Assembly (NCBI RefSeq): GCF_036971445.1
Contig: NC_091478.1
Coordinates: 15,066,001 to 15,130,000 of the forward strand
From: Narcine bancroftii
Lineage: Eukaryota
DNA length: 64,000 nt
Direction of reading: 5' to 3'
Below are positions 38,171 to 51,714 of the stretch, one piece after another (the stretch's first letter is position 1; each line of letters starts with the position of its first letter). Position numbers and translations under genes: made by a program. The notes beneath the pieces are model-generated. The model was not told the DNA's origin, searched no databases, and was given only the letters and a program-made list of their open reading frames with translations.

Positions 38171-38701
38171 ACCACCTATCTAAATTGTGCCAACAAAAAT
38201 CTCAGGGTTAACACCAAATTTACCATCCTTGGGGAGAGATTTTACCCACACTGTGGGGAGTGGAAAATACCAGCACCCTCACTTCACTGATGCCTCGAGC
38301 TACCAAAAGGAGATACCACCATCACTCTGGCATGAAGCCAGATGAACAGTAGATGCTTTCCCTCGTGAGCCATTTAAATAAAAAAAACCCCTATGCGAGC
38401 TAACGCAGTACATCCTGCATTGTGAGGTGAGAAAGGTTATCACCCGATTTGACAATGTAACATTTCTCCTGCTTGGAATAGTGATCTGCTTAAGAAGTAG
38501 AAGGTCAGTGGGAATGTTAGGAGGCAAATCCAAACGTCAAGGGCACAGATTCCAGGTGAGAGGGAAAAGATTTAAGAGATCTGAGGAGTACCTTCTTCAC
38601 ACAGAGGTAGGTGGTATATGGAACAATCAACCACAGGAAGTGGTAAAACTGTGATGTTTGGAAAACATTTAGATGGGTAAAGGGCTAGGAAAGGCTTACA
38701 G

Positions 38702-39033
38702 CAGGGGCGGGCAACCTTTTACCATGCGTGAGCCATATGGTGCATCTGTGGTTGAACGGCTGGCCACGCTGATGCTACCATAAATGAAATAAATAAATAC
38801 ATGGGATGAATAAATAAATGAATATGATGATGAATTTCAGGTCAGGGATCTTCAAATCTGGAAATGCACCAAAAAAATCACGTTTGTCATTAAAATGACA
38901 ATTAAAAAAGCATACAAGTCAAAATAGAGAAAAATTAGTCTCAATGAAAACAAAATAACTAACCCCAAAACAGACATAACGCGGTGGCGGGGCGGGGGGT
39001 GGGGGGGAATGTCACATGAAGAGAAGGTGAGCC

Positions 39034-39073
<40 letters not shown>

Positions 39074-39295
39074 AGAAGGTGAGCCCTGTGCAGAGAGAGG
39101 AAATGACAGAGAGGGATTTACACACAGATAATGGGAGGAACACACAAAGAAAAGGATTCACAGAGAGAGGGCGTGTGCAAATCCAAACCAGGTAGAGCAA
39201 ATGCAACACTCTGAGAGTGAGTCCAACACGGAGAGGCAGATAATTGCAGAGAGACGAGGAGTCACACAGAGGGATAGTGTCAAGTACACACAACT

Positions 39296-39337
<42 letters not shown>

Positions 39338-39727
39338 AAAAATCTCACGTACTGAAACGGGAGGGGGTGGGGGGGGGGTAAGAAAAAAGAGAGAATGAAG
39401 TACCACACACAGATAATTTGAAAGAGTATTACAGAAAGAGGTGGTGTTGCAGAGAGAGAGAGTGAGAGAGAGAGAGTGATGCATTCTCACAGACATGGGT
39501 CTCTCACAGAAGAGGTGGGCCTCACACTGAGGAGAATGCTCTTACAGACAGCAGGATAACGTCACTGTCAGAGAGGGGAGAAAGTTATGATGGGAGAAGG
39601 GAGCGGTGGGGGAGTTGCACACTAAGAGTGAGAGCCTCCAACGCAGAGAGCGGGAAAGAGAGGGGGGAGGGGCCACAGCCACGTACTGGGCGGATCCAGC
39701 CTGTGGGCCGTAGGTTGCGAATCCCTG
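38702..39727. mobile_element. hAT-Charlie-like non-autonomous DNA transposon with simple-repeat-rich interior
   Basis: Termini CAGGGGCGGGCAACCT and AGGTTGCGAATCCCTG; interior has poly-A, (TA)n and (GA)n; the 8-bp TSD is not cleanly retained. Confidence 0.6.
39299..39333. repeat. (TA)n microsatellite
   Basis: Seen directly in the sequence. Confidence 0.95.
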
Positions 39728-40135
39728 GTTGAATTGGATATTGGCCAAATATCAGCAAAGGGACGAGCTTGATCGGCATGAACAAGTTGGGCTGAAGTGC
39801 CCATTTCTATGCTGTAGAATGCTTCACTCTTAATCCTCCACAGGATATTTTTAATTTCTCTGAATACAGTAAAGCCCCTAGTATCCAGCACCCATGGGGA
39901 TTAGGAGATGCCAGTAAGTGCATTTCTGGTTGCTTGAGACTTTATCAACTAAAGCTACTAAACTAAAACCTATTTGCTTCTTCATGATCTGCTCATTTCT
40001 GCTCACCAAACAAGTCTAATATATGGATTTTTTTTCCCCCCGATTGCTTGAAGCTACCTGTTGCTTGAATTCTAGATGATAGGATTTACTGTATTGTGAA
40101 TTGGAAAAACAAGGACATTGGTCATTGTTACTCAC

Positions 40136-40213
40136 GTATATAGTGTGACCAGGTGAGCTGGGAATGCTGGAGCCAGGTCTGGACGAAATACTTTCAGAAG
40201 ATGATCTTGTTGG
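40136..40213 (-). CDS. ABLIM1: ABLIM1 coding exon (PTRSSSESISSRPGSSIPSSPGHTIY)
   Basis: TTTGCAG|CCAACAAGA...ATATAC|GTGAGT; 78 nt, phase 0-0; matches human PTRTSSESIYSRPGSSIPGSPGHTIY; lies within ORF 40016..40234. Confidence 0.95.
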
Positions 40214-41885
40214 CTGCAAATGTAAGGAGAGCAAAAAGAGTGAATGAGTTTTTAAAAAAAAAATGAAAATGAACTATTTGTGAAACAACTCTGTGTGATA
40301 AAGTGATCAGAGGGGAATTGGATTCAAGAACATTTCACAGCAAGAATGGAAAGTGATGTCATGCAAGTTCGAGATGTCCAATAACTTTAATGTCCAAGTG
40401 TTGAGAAGACTCAAATGCACCAACATCCTGTTCAATACACTGCTGGCCAGCATGAAGACCCTTAAACAAGTGTGCTGGTCATGTCAGTCGGGGAGGGGGG
40501 GGGGGGGGTGCGTGGAAATCAAGGGTCTGAAATTCCTGCCCTTTTGAAATTCATACATAAAGCACCAATCTACCTCACGCCACAGTGAATGGAAACAGCA
40601 GTCTGGTATCAAAATATCTGTCAAGTGCAATAGAAACCATCCACCATTCTGAATAGAAAAGTTACATTTTGTAATATGCAAACTGCTGGTAAGTTACCAA
40701 GTTCATTTCAATTGTGAAGATCAGGCATCTGTGACATTAACACTAGGACAATAATCTCGAGCTATCATGATGTCGGGAAATTAAGCTGTGATGAGTAAAT
40801 TAGAAGCTGAACAGATGACACTGCAGTCATGCTCTGAAACCAATTTCTGACAAATGCACATTCAAGCACCATCACATGCATCTCCCAACTTAAAACACCT
40901 TATTGCAAGGATGTGACCATCACATCCATTGCCATAATCACGCATTTTGATTGCAGAAACAGAAATCAGTTGCTCTTGGTCATTTCTCAAATTAACCAAA
41001 ATGTAGTTTCGGATAATGACGAGCCCAAGACGCTTGCATTCTGTCCAACATTTCACATTCACAAGCTTCAAGCTCGAGGGTAGGCAGTTGAAACGCTCAT
41101 TGGTAGCTGCCAGTTGAACTCTGGGGCAAGAAATGGGAAATAGTGCATGCATGTGGGATGGATTCCTACCCTCTTCAATTTTCCAGCCACCATTGTAAGG
41201 AGACAATATTGCTCTCTTGATCATTCCTACAGCAGCGGGATCAAAACTTGCACCCACAGAGCCACACTATTACCAGATCATTGCTAGGTCACACCAGTAT
41301 ATCAAATCCAAAGCAACAACAGTACAGAAAAACAAGGAAAAGAACAATTGACCAATTTACTTCTATAATTAGAGAGGTTATCTGCCCAGCAGCAATTTTA
41401 ATTCAAATTGTCTGTGGAGCTCCTCGTTCGATTGAACGAGACTGTCGATAAACCATATTGACATTAATTAAAACTACATTTACAACATAATCGTGCTGAA
41501 CTCAATACCAGCTTCCTATATGTGCACAAATTCACCCACTTAATTAGAATCAAAGCTGCCAGCCAAGCAGGACAGCTAAGCACAGTCACCGTTGCAATTG
41601 CAACAAATAACTACTCTTGATAAATTTTATAATGAACACTCCATACACTGCTTCCCTGGCAAACAATTTGGATAGCCTGTAATTTACTCTGCGTGACAGT
41701 GTCATTTCTCTCGAGGTTGTTCCACAACACATAGGCATCAATGCATTTGAGAAGAACAAAGAGTAATGACTGGTTTATATGTCATATTTAATATATTCAT
41801 TTCATCCATATAAAGTTTAATCATTCCAAATCATATATGCACTGAATCATTTCCTCCAATGAATCTTATATAACAGTGCTAAATT

Positions 41886-42045
41886 CTTTGGCTTGGCTTC
41901 ACGGACGAAGATTTATGGAGGGGGTAAAAGTCCACGTCAGCTGCAGGCTCGTTTGTGGCTGACAAGTCCGATGCGGGACAGGCAGACACGGTTGCAGCGG
42001 CTGCAGGGGAAAATTGGTTGGTTGGGGTTGGGTGTTGGGTTTTTA
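41886..42045 (-). mobile_element. Short 3' fragment of the same RTE LINE, inverted
   Basis: Reverse complement aligns to about 21035-21180 with few mismatches; 7-bp TSD CTAAATT at 41879-41885 and 42046-42052. Confidence 0.9.
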
Positions 42046-42109
42046 CTAAATTATTTATGGTTTAACTGGTCTATCCTTTGAATACAATGGCCTGGATGTT
42101 CACACATTC

Positions 42110-42440
42110 ACAGAGGTACAGCGCAGAAACAGGACCTAGTCCACTGGAATCACAAGGACATCGACAACTCATTTACACTAATCTTACATTCATCCTTTTT
42201 TTTTATAGAATTATTCTGATCACATTCTCAGATAAACCTCAGATTCCACCATTCATCTTTGCATGAATGGCAATTTAGTGGCCAATTAAACTGCCCATCA
42301 ATACATATTTGAGATATGCAAGGACACCAGAGCTTTGAGAGGAAACCCGGGGAGAAGGTCCAAACAATAGCACGCGAGGTCAGGATTGAACCCAGTCTCT
42401 GGCACTATAAGGCAGTGGCATAAGTTGCTCTGCCGCCCTG
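42110..42440 (-). mobile_element. tRNA-derived SINE, inverted
   Basis: CAGGATTGAACCCAG (B-box complement) near 42381, GAGGAAACCC core complement and TACAGCGCAGAAACAGG tail complement. Confidence 0.55.
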
Positions 42441-44769
42441 CACTTCAGTGCAGTGACCAAAGTGACTTTATTCTTTGTAAATAGATAGTGCACTTGTTTA
42501 TATTACTGGGCAAATTGCTGGTTAACAGGTAGCCCCGCCCACCACTGCAACTCAATGCATCAAATAACAGCAAGCTTTCAGCTCTTATCGGGAGCAGGGC
42601 CAATAATGCAAATCTGCTGAAAGTTTGTGTTTCCATGCGAAAAATGAAAACGTGACATGGTCGGAAATAAGTCTATTGATCAATGGACACTGACCTAAAG
42701 TACAGGTAGAAAGGGTAAAAATTCAAACGGATCAGATGCTGGAAATAAAAATAAAAATGTCCAAGACACTGCAGCATCTGTGAAAAGAGAAAGAGTTAAC
42801 AGTAATGTTTCAGTTCCAGTGAGAAAACAGAAAGAACCTTTCATTGTTACATTAATAATAATGATTAAACTAATAAATTAAAAGGACCTTTCATTAGAAC
42901 AGAAAAATAGATGCCTGCATGAATTGCGGAGTGTTGTTGACGTAGATGTGGTATTAGGAGATGCTAGTAAGAGAGACTGGTTGTTTAAACCTTTCCTATC
43001 AGTTTTTAGGGGCTATTCCCCACAAGGCAAAAGTGCTTGATTATGCCTTTAAAAAGGTGCAGCTGACACATAAGGAACACCAAAAATGGTGATTCTCTGT
43101 GAGAGGCCGAAGCTCCCGTCCAGTTAGATACAACGTGCAGCAGTTTTGTTAGCAAGCTTCATAAAAAAAGCATTGCACGGGGATGGACATCGCCTGCACG
43201 TGCTGCTGAGCGTTGAGCCAGTTCATGGAAATGGCCAGGAATCCGTTTGTATGCTGAGTGGAGCTTGCAGCTTGATCGGCAAAACAGACATGCAAAATTG
43301 TTCCAGTAAGCAATTAAACCCAGCAAAGCTTTGCCCTTATTACTCCTTTTTGAATTGAGAAATATTATATTTGGTGGAATCCGATGTTTCAGTTAAATTC
43401 AGTACATTTCTTAATACTGTTAATAGGTGAAGAATATGATTCTGAATAAATAATTTATTTAATCTGTTGCAGCAAAAAAAATACTGAGCTTCAAATCCAT
43501 GCAGATTTATTTGCAAATAAATTTGATGTTTATTGGGCCCTTCATATATAAATGAACTTTCCAATGATTCTCTGAATGAATTTTGCCACTGAAAGTGAAC
43601 AGAAAGGCTTGTCTGTTCCATACAAACTAACATTCCCCCTGCCCAATGTTTACTTACATCATTAACCAGATGTACAAAAGTTTAATCCTTCCTTTAAAAT
43701 TCAGCATGAACCCACCACTTTCACAGAAAAACAGCGATGCTTCCAACTGCTGCTGTACACTGAAATTGAACTGACAGAGCACTCTATCGAGGAATCAAGG
43801 AAGCTCAACAGATCAAAGACACTGCATGCTCTTCCGAGGAGGTTTTAAATTGCTAGGCTCTTATTAGTCAATTGTCAGGAGCAAAAACTCCTCAAAATGT
43901 TGCCCCCAGAGCAGTGAACTTGGTGAAAATAGCAGCTGGGGATTAGAATCAATGTGATATTGCAATTCTAATGGATTTTGTTTTACCCCCCCCCCCAAGT
44001 ATTTAAACATTTTCAACAGGTTGTATTTTAAAAATAAATTCAAGTAATTCAATGTAGATAATCTAAGATGCATATTGACATAAGAATTTTTGAAAAATTT
44101 AAGAACTCACACTTTTTGTTTTATTTCCTAGAACGTTCATTTGGGCAGAATATAATCTTATGCCATTTCAACACATAATTTCAGTTTCTCTGAGCAAAAC
44201 AAATGGATTCAAACAAATGATCATGGTGGCAGGATCAGGTGTGACAATAGCAGCCTGCAAAAAAATGAGGCAAAAACCTGTTCAGATTGGGTTGCCTTTA
44301 ACTTTTGGTGTTAGCAGATAACTATTTGTATTAGCAAATAACAATTTACAGGCCCTCATTTCCATCTTGGGGGAAAAAAAATCAAATAATTTCTTTATAC
44401 ACACTAAATACTCAGGTAACTAATCCTTGAGTTGGTTAATTCCTTGCCATTTCGACTATACCAAACAGGTAGTGCTTATCACCAGATTAGGTGAAATTGA
44501 CAATTACTTTGCAATGCATTATCTTTACATAATTGATAGCACATAGACTTTTTTTTCCCAGCATGAACCAGAATTAGGAATGACAACATTCTGTCAACCT
44601 CCAAATGGATAACTACTTGTCTTGAAACACAAACCGGAGTATTTAGCAAGTATAACATCACTATATTCAGAGCAAATTCCTTCTTCAGAGAAATGCAGCC
44701 ACAAATAGGACTTTTATGGATAGGGATCATGACTTCCAGTACAACCATTTCTCATGGAGGGGGGGGGGG

Positions 44770-45510
44770 GGGGAATGAATGTTCCATCTGGCCCTTCAAG
44801 CAAGCTCTATTCGTCACACCGCGGTTGATCTTCCAGCTGAAGATATTGTTCTCATATGCTTCAACTCCCTGAGTCATCAGAAATGTACCCATCTTTGCTC
44901 TGAATTTGATGACAGTCTCCACAGCCTTCAAGTTGATTTCACCACCATCTTCATGAAGAAATGGCTCATCATCCAAATCCTCTCTGACCTCCTATTTAAT
45001 CTGAGACTGGTCCCTGGCCCATCCTCTGGAGCCATGTCATAATTTTACAAGTTTCAAGAGATCTCTTGACCCTCTAAACACTTTAGAATACTTGATTCCA
45101 CCTCTCCTTGGGTTAAACCCCCCATCCCAGGAACCTAGCTGATGAATTTTTGTTATTTTTTGTCCTTTTGTGTCAGGTAAGGAGACCAGAATGGAACACA
45201 GTATTCCAGTTGCAATCTCACAGTGACCCTGTATGATTGCAGTAAGACATCTTCAGCATTTGTGTACGAAGTGAAGGCTAGCATGTCAATTACCTTCCTA
45301 AATGATTGCCTCACTTAAACATTCTTTTTCAGTGGCTTGAATGCAAGGATACTTGGATCATAGGAACTTAAACATTTCCCCATTTACTCCATGTAAAAAA
45401 AAAAGTATTTTTTCTTTCTGGTTCATGGGAAGATCTCACATTTTTCCATCTAATATTCCGCCTACCACATTCTTGCCCACGCACTTAACTTATCTCTACT
45501 TGAATTCTCT
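44770..45510 (-). mobile_element. CR1-type LINE relic
   Basis: Reverse complement of about 45175-45235 encodes VRLQLEYCVPFWSPYL, a CR1 ORF2 C-terminal signature. Confidence 0.7.
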
Positions 45511-48500
45511 GCATATCTTCCACCTCACAGGTTCAAATTATACTTTATAATATTAAGAAGAGATCCAATCAAAAGAAGTTGTACAGTATACAGATTTATA
45601 GATTGCTCTGCAAGTGACCTGAACAAGGCTACATTCTGGCCAGATTTGCAACATTTACTGAAATAAAGCTTGTTTGTCTTCTTCAAGAAAGTACAAAGCC
45701 CTCATATTCCACTACACCACCTGATACTCTCATGTCGGAAATGATTGATCACAATCAATGTCAGGTGAATCCAGTCAAGGAGAAAGGCTATATCATTAGA
45801 ATGAACACTAAACTTCAGGGAACCTGCCAGCGATACAGGTTTGTGCATCAGGTCCTAGTTCCACCTCCAGACCCGCCCCCACCTTTCAAACACTGGTTAA
45901 CATTGGTGATTTATACAAGATAAAATATGTGGTGAAAGGAACAGCTTTCCACTCAAGAAAAACAACGGGTTGCAGCAGTGGTCATGTTAGAACAGCAGTA
46001 ACACTTGGAAGCAGTCATTGCAATGGTTTCTTGAACTAAACAAAGATGTGGTAGAATTAGTCTTCAGCCCATCATTATTGAATGAAGATCGACCGGGACC
46101 AAAGCCTGAAGAGGGCACACAAAATCAGTGAACCAGTGCGGACTCGAAAGGCCAACGTGGCCTGTTTCCGCTCCGTAATTGGTTATAGGGTTAATAATTG
46201 TGAGAGAAAGGAAATGAGAACAATATACACCGTATCAGATCGTTTATCAAACCCATTTCAACAAGCCACCAACACCCATGAGTTGCAAAGCGGTGGGAGT
46301 TGGAAGCTAATTTCTAACAACTGAATGTAATGCCCACTGTCGCCTGATAACAACTTTTTGGTCAAATTGTGTTATGAAACAGCTTGTTCCTCTTGTTTCA
46401 CTAATAATTTCCATGAAAAGTTTCCAAAACAAAGCTTTCACTGTTTTATTTGGCTTGTTCAACTTGAATAATTAAAATAACCTCCAACCAATGAAGTAAC
46501 TTTGATGCAACTGCACTGACATATTATCCACTCAATCTTTCTGATAAATTAGCGACAGAGTAATTTCATCGAAAGGCACGTGCTTGCTGAGTTAACATGG
46601 TATAATTTCCCACCTTGAGATGTTTAATTAAGGTTACCTTTTCAACCTTTGCAGACCAAAGGCAACAAACTGCTGGAAAAATAAATCACTTGTGATAAAC
46701 GGAGAGGAGGTCACATCAACAATGATTTACCTTCCCCTTCTTGCATCAAGTCCACAGCTGGATAAAGCAGTAGAATTCTTCCATTAGCAATAGCGAATGA
46801 GAGGTGGAAATTGCAGTTCACTGCTTAGATGAATATGTCAACTGAATTCATGCAACATCGTATCAAGTAGTCCATATTAACCATGTCAACAGGGAAATTC
46901 ATCTTTACCCTTATTATTTAATCTGAAGGGAATAATGCCCAAATATTGAATTTCACTTTTTTTTGGAGAATAAATCTGTGTTGAACTTCATGTTAAAATC
47001 AGATCCAGACAAAATATGCTTGAAACAGTATTAGGATTGCTTACACTAAAGGTCATGCATTAGAACGGGACTGGCAGTGTTTCAACTTAGCACAACTGAC
47101 AACACTCCATTGAGCACAAAGACAGAAGAGAGTTAGCCCTTAAAATATTCACCTCGTGGTAGCCAGACTACAGTGACATATTCAGGAGAGCCACATGAGC
47201 CACTCAGGATGTAAATGTCTTGATGCACATGATGGAAACCTGGAAGAGCATCCTTCAGGAGATACAAGAGTCCAACTCCATGCTCTTACAGAAACTTGTC
47301 TGAAGCCAATAGATGATAGTCATTAGTGAGGAATGCCAGCAGCTTTAGGCACCTCTTGCCCTGTGAGGGCCTCAGCTGGATAGATGAAGCATAACCAGGA
47401 GAAAGTGGAACAGTGTATTTACCATAGAGTATTCAAAACAGAGGGAATCCAGTTGATACTAACATCAGGAAACAGGGCCCTGGTTTTCAATTATTTCTGT
47501 TGGGACGCTCATTCAACCACTTAAAGAACAGCGTGACATAGCCTACTATGTAGCCCGTGTTAACCACGGTAAGCAACTTGCATCAGGTTCCACCGACAAG
47601 AGTATCAGCATCTGGACCCCGAAGCTATAATACACCAAGAATTATATAACTCTCTTTACAACTGGGGCAGTTATGGAACTGTGACTGGAACAATAGCTAT
47701 GCTGGATACCCATCAGGATACCACCATGATTTTAGTTTTAAATTTGGTTTTCCTCGTTTGTTAGTGTTAAAGCTAAACACTGCCATTGCCACAATTAATC
47801 TGTTTTCTGTGAATTGTTTTTGTAGATCCATTCACTTTTCTCTGCATTTTCACTTTTCTCTGCACACATAACAATTCAACCCTCTCAATTCTGCTGGTAT
47901 GTGCTCTCTTTTGCTAGCCAATAATGTCACTCAACACCACCTGTTTCATATCATGACTCCTGAGAAGACACAGACAAAAGCCACCCATCTTCCTCCTTCC
48001 ATGTGGTCTCACTGTTATACAGCGAGAAATCTGGTTGTTTTTCACTGGTTAGCTCTGAAGGAACAGTGATATATGTCTGCAGGAGCAATGTTGAATTCCT
48101 CATTCGGCAGAAGGATGCAGGTCACCATTCTCTTCAAGCAGTAAGATTATCGGTCAGTAGCAGACTGCAATTCTCCATGGATACACGAGTGCAACCCATG
48201 GGCAGATGGCCGCTCTCAGGAAAGTGTGGCCAGCTGTTCTCAATGAACTGGGAGAATCTGTACATAAGAATATTGCTCTCGCACAGGAGAGGGATATTGT
48301 ACATAAGCAGCTCACTATCTTACAGGTAGCAAGTTTCAACTTCTCATCACAAGTTCGATGCTGTTCATTTTGGCAGACAGCCTCCACTGAAGTTAAACGT
48401 GAAGACAGCACAAATCTGATACCCAGTTCCACTAAAAGAATGATTTGCTCTCAAGAATTCAGAATCACTGACACTAATTTTTTTTAAAAAATCAAAAAGT

Positions 48501-51500
48501 ACAAAAGTTACATTTTTCAGTAAAATTCTACAGTTTGTCCCTTCAGGATTCATTATTTTGTATGTGAATTGCAAAGCTCTGGCAGAGCGTTTCATCACCC
48601 CCTGAACGGCACTGCTGTGTTAAAGCACCAGCAGATCACTGTCACATGGTCTATCCAATCCAAGAGTGATCTGGTGGGCTGATTCGTGAAACTGATGCAA
48701 GCAGTTGAGGGCATCAAATCACCATTGCCCCCACCGCTGCATGTGTCAGACAGCATTCAAGCAGCCACACATTCTGGACGGTTCCTGCAACTGATCCTGG
48801 AGGTAGCTTTCTGATGGACAGTTTTTCCCCATCCAAGATGACAATATCCACATCTGGCAAGCCAGACCATGAGAGTTGTGGGCTCTGGGGAAGCAGTGGT
48901 GCAGCGCAGGGTACCAGAGAACACCACTCACCCTTTAAGAAGGAAAGTCTGGGAAGGGACCCTGCACTTAGAGGACGTCAGAAACAGGCCAGCGTGGAGT
49001 TTGGCAACCATACCACAACAGGCTACAGGCTGTTGACAAGCGGCTTCTGGGAACCAGCTATTGAGACCAGAACATGCAAGGGTGCTGATGGAGAGCAGGG
49101 CTCCTGAAGGGCCTCGGGCACTGACAGCTTCCTAAATGCATCAGAGATTTGGAATTAGAGTACGAGGGGGATGACTTGAACTCCATGAGCTCACCACTGG
49201 AATGGACAAGAGGCTATGCGACTGTGTAGGTTAAAGGGGCACGGAAGAAAGTGGCATCAGAGGGGATGGTGGGATCCAAAGGAACTCAATATCTCTGACA
49301 GGACACTTATTTTTATATGTCACCTCAATAGTGGTGCTGAACTTCTGGCACCTGTGTGCCCTTACAGGACAACAAAGGAAAATAAAGTTTGTGCATCTTG
49401 TCAACAGGACAATGGAGGAATCTTAAATCTATGGCTAAACATCAAGTGGATCACCTGTGCAAACTAATTAGAATAGTGAGCATTCCAGTCGCCATTCAGA
49501 GGTGAGTGATGGTATCACTAAGTTTGAACTTCAAAACACAGGCAACGTAATCGAACAGGAAAGACACTCAGAAAATAATTTCAGTATTTGGTTGCTTTTT
49601 TTTAAACCATCAATTATTTTGAACACTTTAGAACATAGAATAGTACAACATAGGAACACACTCTTTGGCAAATCACAGCATTAATTTTACCACTGAATGC
49701 AATTTTCCCAATCTAACTTCTAGGCTATACTTCTGAAAACTTGAATTTATCCGATTGGCTGTAAACACACCAATTAAAAGAAACAAGTTGATTTTCTCTT
49801 CGGTGTCGTATCGAAGTGACAGGCTGATATTATGCTGCCATTGGTTTCATTGTGTAAACCTGTTGTTCACGTGAATTCAAGGGAATAATTACACAGCATA
49901 AAATATATCAGTATTCTACTGCCAACTGCAGCTTGAACATCAGTGACAAGATTTTAGTGGAGATTAATTGTTGGGTCTTCAAACTGACTGGTCTCTCTTC
50001 TCCATTAGAAGGATTTTTGTCCAAATACAGTGAAATGTATCCACTTCTTCTAGAATTTCTCCCATACATCTCTTAAACTTGCTTTTTGGGAGTTCCTCAT
50101 TTTATTATATTGCTTTGTAACAAATGATGAACCTATTTTGAATATTTCATGATTTTATTTGCTTCCACTTTTGTTCTGACATTAATATTTTCTTCCTGCA
50201 TACAAAAATTATGGACATTCTGTTTTTAACCGAGTGATCCTTACCTCTAATATTTATTATTTTGCACATTACAGGGGAAGAAAATTGGATACCAAATCTG
50301 TGGATATAGACTAAACTGCAAACAGTTGAGGGGCTGAAAAAGAAATATATATTGAGCATGTTGCATCACTCTCTGTGGTTTCACATTAAAAGCCTCTCCA
50401 AAAATTTTTGATGATTGCAAAGTGAGGTTTGTTTTACATTTGCTATTAAATTCAGAGCCCATGTCTTCACAATGTCATTGGATGAAAGAAGGAGCATCTG
50501 AGTTATCAGCCATGGTTTTTGAACTGCTCTGATTGGGTTAAACAATCATCCCAATATGCCCTTGGTGTGACGCACAGTTAAAGGACCAGGCCAATAACCA
50601 ACAATACATCAAAGTCACCATTGAATTCATAACAAAGCAGATTAATTGTTGGGTCTTCATGCCTTCTCTTGCTCATCTGATCTGTCTGAAACCTTTCCTG
50701 TTACAAGTTCCACAAGGAGGCCCCTGTGATCAGCTCCACCATTCAACATTATCATGACCGATCTGACTGGAATCTCAGTGTTCATTCCTGTCTGCCACTG
50801 ATAGCCTTTCACTCACTGGCTTATCAAGAATTTAACTACATTTTTCTCCAACCACAGTCAAAGTCTTGGCATTCAAAATTCCTTCAAAAAGAGTTGCAAA
50901 GGCGCTTGACCTGAAAAAAAATCTCACGTCTGCTTTAAATGGACAACCATCATTTCAAAAATCAGTCCGGCATTCTTGCACAAGGGGAAATGGTCACTCT
51001 ATATAATTTCTCTACCTTTGTGTTCAATTTGTCCAGCAATAAAGAACACTGATCGCTTTCGTAATTATTGCACCTAATTATTCGCTTTTAGCAAATCATA
51101 CACCCTGCATCCTCCACATCTCTCAACACATTGATAAAATGCTTATCAAAAAAAACATCCGATAATTTTCATATTAATTACAACATTGGGAATACTAATG
51201 TATCATTACACTTTTTAATTATCCAATGAAACACTTGTTATCCCCTTCTTGCACCAGCCTTTGAAAGCCTTACCATCAGGTACAGCCAGGCAGATGATGC
51301 TAATACCAAATTTGGGAAAAGAAAGATAAAAGAGGTCACCAATTATGAACAACAGTTTTAATTACTTTCTTTCATTGATGAGCTGTGATGGTTGTTTTGC
51401 ATCAGATTCATCCTTTAGCAGATAAATGCACCCAGAGTAGAGACTCAAAAACACTGGAGCTTCCCCTCCTGAATCCAGCTTCTACACCTTATTTCTAATA

Positions 51501-51714
51501 AAAGTATAGACTGGCATATTTCTCATAAACAAACAAAACTAAAGAGTTTTTCACATTGACAAAACTCCCTCACCCTACCTTCAGAAAAGAGGATTAGGAG
51601 CATAATTGATAAAGATATGCTTCCACAGCTCTCTGAACCAAATTACAGGTAATAGGACAATATGGATAGAGATCCTTCAACACAGATTATAGTCTATTCT
51701 TAAATTGAGCTTAC

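Larger units (their letters stand above)
38535..39826 (+). mobile_element. CR1 3' end interrupted by a hAT-like non-autonomous element
   Basis: CR1-like GGGCACAG..AGGTGAGAGGGAAAAGATTTAA and ACACAGAGG..GTGGTATATGGAAC at 38540-38700; resumes after 39727 with GGATATTGGCCAAAT...GGGCTGAAG..CC..TTTCTATGCTGTA. Confidence 0.6.

Noticed and set aside
38852-39496. ORFs with poly-F and (YI)n tracts
   Set aside because: These are translations of poly-A and (TA)n runs.
46638-46672. Exon-like segment with TTTTTCCAG acceptor and AG|GTAACC donor on the minus strand
   Set aside because: It is 35 nt (or 32 nt), not frame-preserving, and has no homology or other support.
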